This document shows positions 12,633 through 23,022 of a stretch of 64,000 nucleotides of DNA, piece after piece (positions within the stretch are counted from its first letter, which is position 1; each line of letters opens with the position of its first letter). Below the pieces are notes generated by a model that saw only the letters and a list, made by a program, of their open reading frames with translations, had not been told where the DNA came from and did not search any database. Source of the DNA: Prorocentrum cordatum (Eukaryota); the NCBI GenBank assembly GCA_963575745.1, contig CAUYUJ010000108.1, positions 1 through 64,000 on the forward strand. The letters run 5' to 3'. Made by a program: the position numbers and the translations under genes.

Positions 12633-12654
12633 CTTGAGCCAAAATGGCTACGGA
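12633..12654 (-). other. Complete 22-nt dinoflagellate spliced leader (DinoSL) at the 5' end of a LINE
   Basis: Plus strand cttgagccaaaatggctacgga reverse-complements to TCCGTAGCCATTTTGGCTCAAG, an exact match to the consensus DCCGTAGCCATTTTGGCTCAAG. It is followed by ATGG, not a GT donor, so this is a spliced product and not an SL RNA gene. Confidence 0.97.
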
Positions 12655-13075
12655 GGAGGAGGAGGAAGAGGAGGAGGAGGAGGAGCAGGAGGAGGAGGAG
12701 GAGGAGGATGCAGGAGGGGGATTAGGGAGGAGGGGGAGGAGGAAGGAGGAGGAGGAGGGAGGAGGAGGAGGAGGAGAAGGATGGGGACGAGGAGGAGGAG
12801 GATGTGAAAGATAGGGGAGGAGGGGAGGAGGAGGAGGAGGAGGAGGAGGAGGAGGAGGAGGAGGAGGAGGAGGAGGAGGAGGAGGAGGAGGAGGAGGAGG
12901 AGGAGGAGGAGGAGAGGAGGAGGAGGAGGTGAAGGATAGGGGAGGAGGAGGAGGAGGTGAAGGATAGGGGAGGAGGAGGAGGAGGAGGAGGAGGAGGAGG
13001 AGGAGGAGGAGGAGGAGGAGGAGGAGGAGGAGGAGGAAGAAAAATGGGAGGGCGGATCCACCCCACCCCCGGGTC

Positions 13076-13186
13076 CGACAGGATCTCCAAGCGCGGTGTG
13101 CGGCGCGAGAGCATCCCGAGGCAGAAGGTGACGCCGCCCATGGACAGCAACGTGCCGAGCACGACGCCGGCCACGTGGAAGACGCC
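13076..13186 (-). CDS. Exon G: GVFHVAGVVLGTLLSMGGVTFCLGMLSRRTPRLEILS
   Basis: GTxxxMG transmembrane motif of the family. AG acceptor and probable GA donor. Confidence 0.82.
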
Positions 13187-14374
13187 CTCCCCTGCTCTCT
13201 GGGCAAATTTCTTCATGGCCTGAGTGCGCCGCCTTTCTCTCTTCTTCCGCGTTTTTTTCGAATGTGTTCGGCGTCTTCCGTAAGTTTTGACGCGCCCCAG
13301 GATTGGTCCAGGGGCCGAATTTTAACAGGCGGACCCAGTGCTCGATGGTCTATTGCGGGGTCCTTTAGAGGCAGCCCGTGTCCTTGTGCAAACTTTGCTT
13401 TGCAACGCCCCCGCGTAGTCTGCGGACGCGGTGCGCGTTCGCCGCCGCAGCGACCCCAACCAGTCATTCGGGCAGCTCTCTCCCCGCCGCCTTTCTCCAC
13501 GGCCGTTCTCCAAATTTCCGACATGTGAGCGACGAAAAGAAACGGGTTCTACGCGAGACGACACAGCGACCTTGCGCGGTGGCTTGTGCGGGCCGCCGGC
13601 GCGGCACGCCACGCGGGGGCGAGGGCGCTTACGGGCGCCCTTCCGCGGACAGCTCACGCGCGAATGCCGGCGAAGACGACCCCGTTTTGTTCTGTGCCGC
13701 TCGTGTGCCGGTGCGCAGCCGGCTCCTCTGCGCCCCGGCTGCTGCTGCCGAGCGCTTCCGTGCCCCACGCCGCCGCGGACCCAAAGGAGTGCTCCGGGCA
13801 GTGCTGGGGGGGGTCACCACCAGAAAGGCCGCCGCCGCCTCCTGGGAAGGCTGAGCACTGGGGAGGAGGGCAGGATCGGCCATCGGGCAGGCTTTGGGCC
13901 TCTCCGGGCGCCCTGGGGGGCTCCAGGCCCAGACACCCGCCTGCTCCAGTTTCTTTGGTGCGTGGGCCCAGGAGGTCTGGACCAATTCCCCGGGACCGGG
14001 TTTTCGTCATGAGTTGTTTTTGGTGCTCCCGAGGCCCGGCGAGGGCCCCTGGAGGCCGAAACCTGCCAAAAACCGCCTGCTCCAATTTTTTTTGGAGCGC
14101 CGGATCTCAGGGTGGGGGGGAGTTCTTGGCATGGCAAGAGAGCAGCCCGCGGCAAGCGTTAGGTCGGCCGAGTCCCCCTACAGTTATGATGCTCCAACCT
14201 ACTTTAGCCTTGATCACCAGAAAGAGTTTCGAGCGCCCCAAAAAAGTACCGAAACTCAAGGGTTTTCACGTGTCCGGCCCTGGGAGACACTCGCCCGACA
14301 CTGTTTCGACACTGTTTCGACGCTCTTTCGACACTTTTCCGGGTGCTCGAAATTATTTCTGGGATGTGGTCCTT

Positions 14375-14538
14375 AAGTCGGATGGGAACAACATAACCCT
14401 ACAGGGGGATTTTGGGCGAAAAATTAACAATACCCCAACAGTACACCCCAAATGCCAAAAAATACCCCCCAAAAACGTCCCCAGACTATTTTTTGGCTAT
14501 TTTTGAATATTCTCCCTGTAGAGGGACAGGCCCGACTT
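14375..14538. mobile_element. Second copy of the 45.2-kb MITE family
   Basis: acagggggattttgggcga ... cagactattt ... cctgtagagggacaggcccgac is shared. Ends are aagtcgg / ccgactt. Confidence 0.68.
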
Positions 14539-17010
14539 CAGGCGAGAGACCGGTCTAGAGGGTGATGTCGAGAGTCCCGGGGGCCCGCGCTGCCGCGCAG
14601 GTCCTCGGAGAAACAAGAGCGGGAGCAAGAACAAAAGCACGACGACGGGGCCTCCTGGTGCTGCATCAATCGGGTCGGTCGAACCAGAGCCCCATCAATG
14701 GAGGCCTGCAGAGGCCCCACCAGGGCCAAAAACATTCAGAAACCTTAAAAACAAATCGTTCAGATATCTCCGTCCTCGATCCTCGAAGGCAACCTTCTGG
14801 GGGGGGCCCAGCGCGTGTGACTGGTGTGCCGGAATGGGCGGGGAGACGCATGCAGTCTTTCCCACTGAGGCCCTAGGTGGAGCTCCTGTAAGGAGAACGA
14901 AGTGTGCGAGGGGTGTGCCGAGATGGGGAGAGGGACGCATGCAAGCTTTCCCGATGGGCCGTAGGTAGAGCCCCCTGCGAGTCACGAAACGTGCGAGGGG
15001 TGTGCCGAGCTAGCAAGCTTTCCCACCGAGGCCGCAGGTGATGCCCCCTAAGCTCCACGAAACGCGTGAGGGCTGTGCCAGAATGGGAATCGTGGCAGTT
15101 CTTTTCGGGAGTGGCCAAGAGGAGGGTGTCCAAGAGGGGGGGGTGCAAATCATGACTGGCGGCATGTGCGCGGCCCAGCGGGGGGCCAGGGACGTAATTA
15201 AATAAGAAGGGGCGCCATGAAATTTGGGGAAATATCATAGCCCCCGCCATGATATCCACCCCCCCTAGTCATCACCCCCCTCTTTGCCGCCCCCGATCTT
15301 TGGGGGGTGCGGAGTCGAACGGGTCGATGCCGCGCCGTCGGAACGCCTCTTCGAGCCGACCGGGCCGCGGTCAGCCCCGCGCTGCTCCTCGCCCAGCGGC
15401 TCCTGGTGCTCCTCCTCCGCCTCCTCCTCCTTCTCCCCTGCTTTGCAGACCAAGTGAGAGAGAAAGAGAGAGAGAGAGAGAGAAAGAGAAAGAGAGAGAG
15501 AGAGAGAGAAAGGGAGAGAGAATGACAAACACGCTCACGCGTCTCTCTCTCTCTCTATATCTCGCTCTCTCTCTCTCTCTCCCTCTCGTTTTTTTGTTTT
15601 GTTGGTATTTTTGTATTTTTTGTTTTTGTGTTATATATATATATACGCACACTTATATTCAATGCATGCACATACTACCATGCAGCTGCATCTATATATA
15701 AACGTATATGTTTACACATCTTTTTTGCATCATTTAATGTGTATATATACAGCCAACCACACAAACACATAACTAGGTCGACCTATTCTAATATTCGTGT
15801 ACAATATACGCATAAGTGTATATACACATATTAGATATATACGTACGCATGTGGAAGTGTAGGTATGTGAGTGTATCCATGTAAATCGATGTGTCCACCA
15901 CCGAGACACGAGTTGGAATGTCCCCGAGTCCCTTCAAATGCTAGGCATTTCGGATTGTAAATGTACTGTAAGGGCCGGGGGCCAATACTTCCAAATCTTC
16001 TGGGCGCTCTTTGGCGCTAGTGGGGACGGTCACGTGGATTTTCCAGATGCCAGAATTCGTCAAGACGGGTCAAGATGGCCCCAAGACGGTCCAAGATGGA
16101 CCCGCGTCGAGCAAAGATCCTCCCATGACGTCCGATATGGCCCCACGACGACCCAAGAAGCAGCCAAGACGGCACCGAGATGCCAACATCATTGGTTCCT
16201 CTTGAATGTTTGACAGATGTCGGTGCTCTCGCATTTTCGGGTTTTTGACGCTACAAGATGGTGCAAATGTCTTTACACATCGCCCCAAGGGGGCCCCAAC
16301 ACAGCACCCATACGGTCCAAGATGGCCCCCAAACGGCCCAACAACCCAACACGATCGCCCAAAAAGGTTCCAAAAAGCCAAAGAGAGGCTCAGAGGGAGC
16401 ACGCCAACCGATATTTCGAGAGCTTCGCCCCAAGATGACCCCCGGGACCGCCAGCAGGCCCCCAAGAAACCCAATCCAGGCACCAAATCGCCCCCGAAAG
16501 GCCCTCCAGGCACCCCCAGAAACCGGATCCAAGAGGCTCCTGGGAGACATGACGTCCCCACTCGTATATCAAAGGCGTCTGACCTACGACCAAGGAGAGA
16601 TGGCGGGATGGGCCGAAGGCCACTCGATACAACGAGCTGGACAGATTCAAACAAAGATACATGTGGATACCGATGTGTGTGTGTGTGTGTGTGTGCGTGT
16701 GTGCGTCCAAATTTGCAGATTTCGTGTATAATTATGTGCGTACAGACAGACATATATATATATATACACACATACACTAGAACCATCACGCGCGCTTCGC
16801 GCGCGCCCAGGTTCTAGCAGGCCCCAGGCCTTGACGAATTCATTGCTCCACTGAAATAGTGGACCACAGTCCACGCATGCCAATCTGCATTCCGAGAGGC
16901 CTTCGAGGAAAATGGTTGTGTAGGGGGGCGGAGGACGTATGAATCGGGTTCCCAGAAGGCCTTCTGGGAGCATGGGTTTGGGGGCGTCTTGGGGAGCCTG
17001 TTGGGGCGTG

Positions 17011-17053
<43 letters not shown>

Positions 17054-17080
17054 AATGTCGTCGTCGCCTATTGGGGCGCG

Positions 17081-17140
<60 letters not shown>

Positions 17141-17219
17141 TCTTCGTCGTTTCGTCGTCGGTTCAAGAGGGCACTTGGGGCAACTTTGTGCGAAACGATC
17201 TGCGGAGGGCCGCGAGAAG

Positions 17220-20200
17220 GCGATCAATCATGTTCCCAATCAACTTCCCAGACAGCTCTCCTGTAGCATGATGGTACTTCGAAGCCTCCGGAGACTCGCG
17301 GGCCCATGATGAACCATGTCCCCGGAAGGCTTTCTGGGGACATGATTTGTCGGGGTGTGTTGGGGAGTCTCTTGGGCGTTCCCTGGGGGCCCCTTGGGGG
17401 CCTCCGGGAACTCTCGGCCCCATGATGAACCATGTCCCTGGAAGGTTTTCTGGGGACATGATTTCTTAGGGTGTGTTGGAGGGTCTCTTGGGCGTTCCCT
17501 GGGAGCCCCTTGGGGGTCTCTGGGGCTTCCTGGGGGCCTCTTGGGCGCCTCACGGGGCTTCGTGGGAGCCTCTTGGTGGCCTCCGGGGGCCTCCAGGCGG
17601 CCTCTAGGGCCAGAGACCTCGAAACATCGGTTGGCGGTCCCCCTCTGGGCCCTCTCTTGGGGAGCTCTTGGGGCACAGTTGGGTTGTCTGGGGAGCCTCA
17701 TGGGCCGTCTTGGGGCCCTCTTCGGTGCCTCGTGGTCCGTCTTGCAGCGATCTGAAGGGCCTCCGAGCGAGGCCGTGAAGGAGCGCTGGGAAGCGGGGGA
17801 AGCAAGAACGCCTAAATCCGTCAGAAACCATCGGAACATTAGTGAATCTTGCCTCCCAGGGCCCTCTTGGGGAGCCTCTCGAGTCCGTCCTGGAGCGTGT
17901 TGGAGTCCTCGTCGGCCGTCTTGAGGGCAGCTTGGGCGTCTTCGGGGCCTCGAGCATCCTGGGCCGTCTTGGGGCCCTCGTCGGGGCCTCGTGGGCCTTC
18001 TTGGAGCGATCTGAAGGGCCTCCGAGACCGTGAGGGAGCGCTGGGAAGCGGGAAAAGCGAGAACGCCAAAATCCAAAACACTCGGAAAACGAGCGAATCT
18101 CGCCTTCCAGGGCCCTCTTGGGGAGCCTCTTAAGTCCGTCCTGGAGCTTGTTGGAGTTCTCGTTGGCTGTCTTGAAGGCATCTTGGGCGTCTTCGGGGCC
18201 TCGTGGGACCGTTTTGGGCCCTCTCGGGACCCCCTTAGCCTGTCGTGGCCTACTTCGGGGCGGGCTCGGGCCGCCTCGGGAGTTCTGGACCCTCCCCCCG
18301 CAACCCCTGGTGGGCACCGATGGGGGGAACAAACAGCGGCCCGCCCCCCCCCCGGCCTACTCCGAGATAGAGAATCATGTTCCCGGGAAGCTTTCCGGGA
18401 GCATGATTTGTTCGGCTCTCTAAGAGGGGGGCCTCTGGGGGCTTACCGAGGGGCGCCTTTCGGCCTTGTCGGCAAGCCTATTGGAAACATGGTTGAGGCG
18501 GTGGGCGGAAGCCCAAGGAGTCATGTTCCTGGAAAGCTATCTGGGAAATACGATTTTCCGAAATGTCTTGGGGGCCGGGGGCTTCCCTGGGGGCCCCTTG
18601 GGTGCCTATTGGGGCTTCCGGGGGGCCTCTTGGGAGCCTCACGGGGCTTCTTGGGAGCCTCTTGATGGCCTCCGGGGGCGTCCTAGGAGCCTCTCAGGCC
18701 GGAGACTTTGAAATGTCGCGCTCTTCGGGCCCTCTTGGGTCGCTCTTGGGGCTCGCTTGGGGTGCTCTCGAGGCCCTCTTGACTTAATTATCTGGGGAGC
18801 CTCCTGGGCCGTCTCTGGGCTTTCTTGGGGGCCTCTTCGGCCGTCTTGGAGCGATCTGAAGGGCCTCTGACGCGGTCCAGGACCGTGGGGAGGCAGAACA
18901 TGGGAGAGCGCAAGAATGCTTCAAAAACCATTGGAAGATTCATGATTTTCGGCTTCTGGGGCCCTTTGGAGGGGCCTCTGGAGGCGCTCTTGGGGCGTTT
19001 TGGCGGCGTAGTCGGCCGTCCTGGGGCCATCTTCGGCGTGTCCGGGGCCTCTGGGGGCTGTCTTTGGGCGTCCTGGGAACTCGGAAATCATGTTCCCGGA
19101 GAAGCTTCCGGTAACATGATTTCGAACGAGGCCCTCTTGGGCCTCCTGGAGGCCGTCTTGGGGGCCTCCTGGGCCGGCTTTGGGGCCTCTTGGGCCGTCT
19201 TGGGAGGTTCCGTGAGCCCCACAGGCCGACCCTTTTGGGCCGTCTTGGGCCCTCTTGGTCTCTCTTGGGTCGTCTTGGAGCTCCTCGGGGGCGTCTGGGG
19301 CACTGCGAAGACGAAGCAAGGGAGTATGCTGAAGATGTACGTTTTACAACGGGAGCCGGCCGATTTTTGCCTCTTGAAGGCCCTCTTGGGGCCCTCTTCG
19401 GCAATCTTCAAGCCATCTCGGGCCCTCTTGGACCTCGCTGAGGCTGTCCTGGGGTCCGCTAAGGGGCCCTGGGAACCCAGAAATCATGTTCCCGGAGAGG
19501 CTTCCAGGAACATGATTTCGAACGAGGCCCTCTTGGGCCTCCCTGAGACCGTCTTGGTGGCCTCCCGGGCTGGCTTCGGGGCCTCTTGGGCCGTCTTGGG
19601 GGGTTGAGCCCCACGGGACGACCCTTTTGGGCCGTCTTGGGCCCTCTTGGGTCTCTCTTGGGCTGTGTTGGGGCTCCGCGGGGGCGTCTGGGGCATTGTG
19701 AAGACGAAGCAAGCGAGTACTTCAAGCCATTCTGGGCCCTATTGGGCTTCGCTGAGGCTGTCTTGCGGGCCTCTTGGGCGTCCTGGGAGCCCGGAAGTCA
19801 TGTTCCCGGAGAAGCTTCGGGCCGTCTTGGGCCCTCTTGGGTCTCTCTTGGGTTGTCTTGGAGCTCCTCGGGGGCGTCTGGGGCACTGCGAAGACGAAGC
19901 AAGGGAGTATGCTGAAGATGTACGTTTTACCACGGGAGCCGGCCGATTTTTGCCTCTTGGAGGCCCTCTTGGGGCCCTCTTCGGCAATCTTCAAGCCATC
20001 TCGGGCCCTATTGGGCCTCGCTGAGGCTGTCTTGTGGGCCTCTTGGACGTCCTCGGAATCCGGAAATCATGTTCCCGGAGAGGCTTCCGGTAACATGATT
20101 TCGAACGAGGCCCTCTTGGGCCTCCCTGAGGGCGTTTTGGGCTGTGGCGCTTCTTGGGCCGTCTCGGGGGCTTCCGTGAGCCCCACAGGCCGACCCTTTG

Positions 20201-20580
20201 GGCCGTCTGGGGCCCTCTGAGGTCTCTCTTGGGCTGTGTTGGGGCTCCGCGGGGGCGTCCTGGGTACTTTGAAGACGAAGCCAACGAGAATGCTGAAAAT
20301 GTACGTTTTACGGAGGGAATGGGCTGATTTTTGCCTCTTGAAGGCCCTCTTGGGGCCCTCTTCGGCCATCTTCAAGCCATCTCGGGCTCACTTGGGGCGC
20401 TCTTGGGCGTCTTCGGGGCCTCTTGACGCTTTCTTGACCATCTGTACGGCCCGCGTGGCCTGTCCTGGGCAATTTGGAAGTGGCCTGGCGCAGTCCCCAG
20501 GGGGTCTGTGACCCCCCAAAGGTTCCGGGGGGCGCCCATGGGGGATGATGGCACCGGCCCGGGCCCCCCCCGGCCTACTC
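17220..20580. repeat. Complex gggcc(c)tcttggg-rich repeat field with recurrent ~40-bp palindromes
   Basis: gaaatcatgttcccgga-N6-tccggtaacatgatttc at 19084, ~19480 and ~20063, with variants at ~17313, 17429, 18373 and 18520. Modules end in cccggcctactc at ~18362 and 20580. Confidence 0.88.
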
Positions 20581-20889
20581 ATAATGCATAAATTATTATT
20601 TATATATATATATATATATTAGATATATATATATATATATTATATGCATATATGCATTATATATATGTATATTATAACCGTCTGTCGAAATAACCCGCAT
20701 GAACATGAACATATACACGTACATACATATACGCGTACAACGATCGGGGTTGTCGCCCCTACCTGTTTCATTCCCTACCTAGGCTCTGCCTAGAAGGGTT
20801 CTTACTTTATGAACTTAATGGGCCGGGCAATGCTCCTCGCCCCGGGCGGTTCCCCCGGCATCCGCCCCGCGGTTCCCCCAGTGACGTTC

Positions 20890-21937
20890 CCTTAGCTTAG
20901 CATTGCTTATCTCATCTTAGCTTAGCCTAGCTTAACTTAGCTTAGCTTAGCTTAGCTTAGCCTAGCCTAGCCTAGCTTAGCTTAGCTTAGCTTAGCCTAG
21001 CCTAGCCTAGCTTAGCTTAGCTTAGTTTAGCTCAGCTCAGCTTAGCATAGCGCAGCACATGATAGCGCAGCGTAGCATAGCGCAGCATAGCATATCATAG
21101 CATAGCATATCATAGCGCAGCATAGCGTAGCAAAGCATAGCATAGCATAGCTTAGCTTAGCATCGCACAGCGCAGCATCGCATAGCATAGCATAGCGCAG
21201 CATATCATAGCATATCATATCATAGCGCAGCATAGCATAGCATAGCACAGCATAGCATCGCGCAGCATAGCATAGCATAGCGCAGCATAGCGCAGCATAG
21301 CTTAGCATAGCATAGCATAGCATAGCGCAGCATAGCATAGCATAGCATAGCATAGCATAGCATAGCGCAGCATAACACAGCACAGCATAGCATATCATAG
21401 CGCAGCATAGCATAGCATAGCATAGCATAGCCTAGCATAATATAGCGCAGCCTAGCATAGCCTAGCACAGCACAGCATAGCGCAGCAGCATATCATAGCA
21501 TAGCACGGCATAGCAAACCAAACACACAAGCAAAACAACAGCAACAGCAACAGCAAAAGCAAAGGCAACGGCAAAAGCAAAGGCAAGAGCAATAGCAAAG
21601 GCAATGCAACGCAACAGCACAACCAATGCGAACTTGTAGATGTAGATTTATATGTAGGTGTAGGTGTAGACGTGGATATAGGTGTATCTGTAGATGTAGA
21701 TGTACAGGTAGGTGTAGATGTATGTGTAGATGTAGATGTGAATGTAGTTGTATATGTAGATGTAGATGTAGATGCACATGTAGGTGTAGATGTAGGTGTA
21801 GATGTAGATGTGAATGTAGTTGTAGATGTAGATGTAGATGCATGTGTACATGCAGATGTAGCTGTAGGTATAGATGTGGATGTAGGTCTAGATGTGGATG
21901 TAGGTATTAAGCTGTAGTAGTACTACTACTACTACTA

Positions 21938-22016
<79 letters not shown>

Positions 22017-22021
22017 TCCTA

Positions 22022-22053
<32 letters not shown>

Positions 22054-22072
22054 ACTACTACTACTACTACTT

Positions 22073-22107
<35 letters not shown>

Positions 22108-22108
22108 G

Positions 22109-22147
<39 letters not shown>

Positions 22148-22345
22148 CTACTCCTACTCCTACTCCTACTACTACTACTACTACGACTACTACTACTGCT
22201 ACTACTACTACTATACTACTACTACTGCTACTTATATACTACTACTACTACTACTACTAATACTACTACTACTACGACTACTACTACTACTACTACTACG
22301 ACTACTACGACTACTACTACTACTACGACTACTACGACTACTACG

Positions 22346-22394
<49 letters not shown>

Positions 22395-22410
22395 TTATTA
22401 CTACTACTAC
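20890..22410. repeat. Compound microsatellite: (CTTAG)n, (CATAG)n, (CAA)-rich, (TGTAGA)n, (CTA)n
   Basis: Directly visible. Confidence 0.95.
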
Positions 22411-22944
22411 TACCGCTACTGCTACAACTGTGACTATGAGGAGAATGATGAGGACGGCGTTTACCGTTACTACTAATATTGCTCTCCTCGGGGCTCCAAC
22501 TCCTAGGTAGGGTCGCTCTGGGATAATCATGCGGGCATTTCCTTCTTTTGCTCTCATAATATATTCATGCTTCTCCCCCTTGTCCGCTTCTCGTTTGTTT
22601 GGGAATTCGTCGCTTGTTCCCGTGTGGCTGTGCATTCTTTCCCTCTTATCCTTTCCTGCTTCCGTTTCTGTTCCCGCGTTGAAGAGGGTAATGAATAGCG
22701 CCTCTCCTCTGGCGAGATCGGATTGCCACTAAACACTGCTATACATATGTTGTGTTGTGTTGTTGTTGTTGTCCGATTTCTTGCCAAGAAGGCCACTGGC
22801 TAATGCCGTACTTGTGTCTGATTATTACGCTGTTGTTGTTGTTGTTGTTGTTGTGTTTTCTTGGTATTCAAATCCCCCACAGCTCTTCTTCATGCTTTCG
22901 TCTGGGCTTATGCCCGCCAGACATTGGTATGCACGCCAGACATC

Positions 22945-23022
<78 letters not shown>

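Larger units (their letters stand above)
5381..12654 (-). mobile_element. Full-length (~7.3 kb) non-LTR retrotransposon: SL - 5'UTR - ORF1 - ORF2 (APE, RT, CCHC, RNase H) - 3'UTR; ORF2 frameshifted
   Basis: Domains appear in canonical order on the minus strand. Both ends abut (GGA)n/(TCC)n tracts, and the 5' end is the DinoSL. Confidence 0.92.

Noticed and set aside
12633..12654. SL RNA gene
   Set aside because: No GT donor or SL intron follows the 22-mer. It is joined directly to the LINE 5'UTR.
17220..20580. CRISPR array built on the palindromes
   Set aside because: Spacing is irregular (~100-900 bp) and the intervening sequence is itself repetitive.
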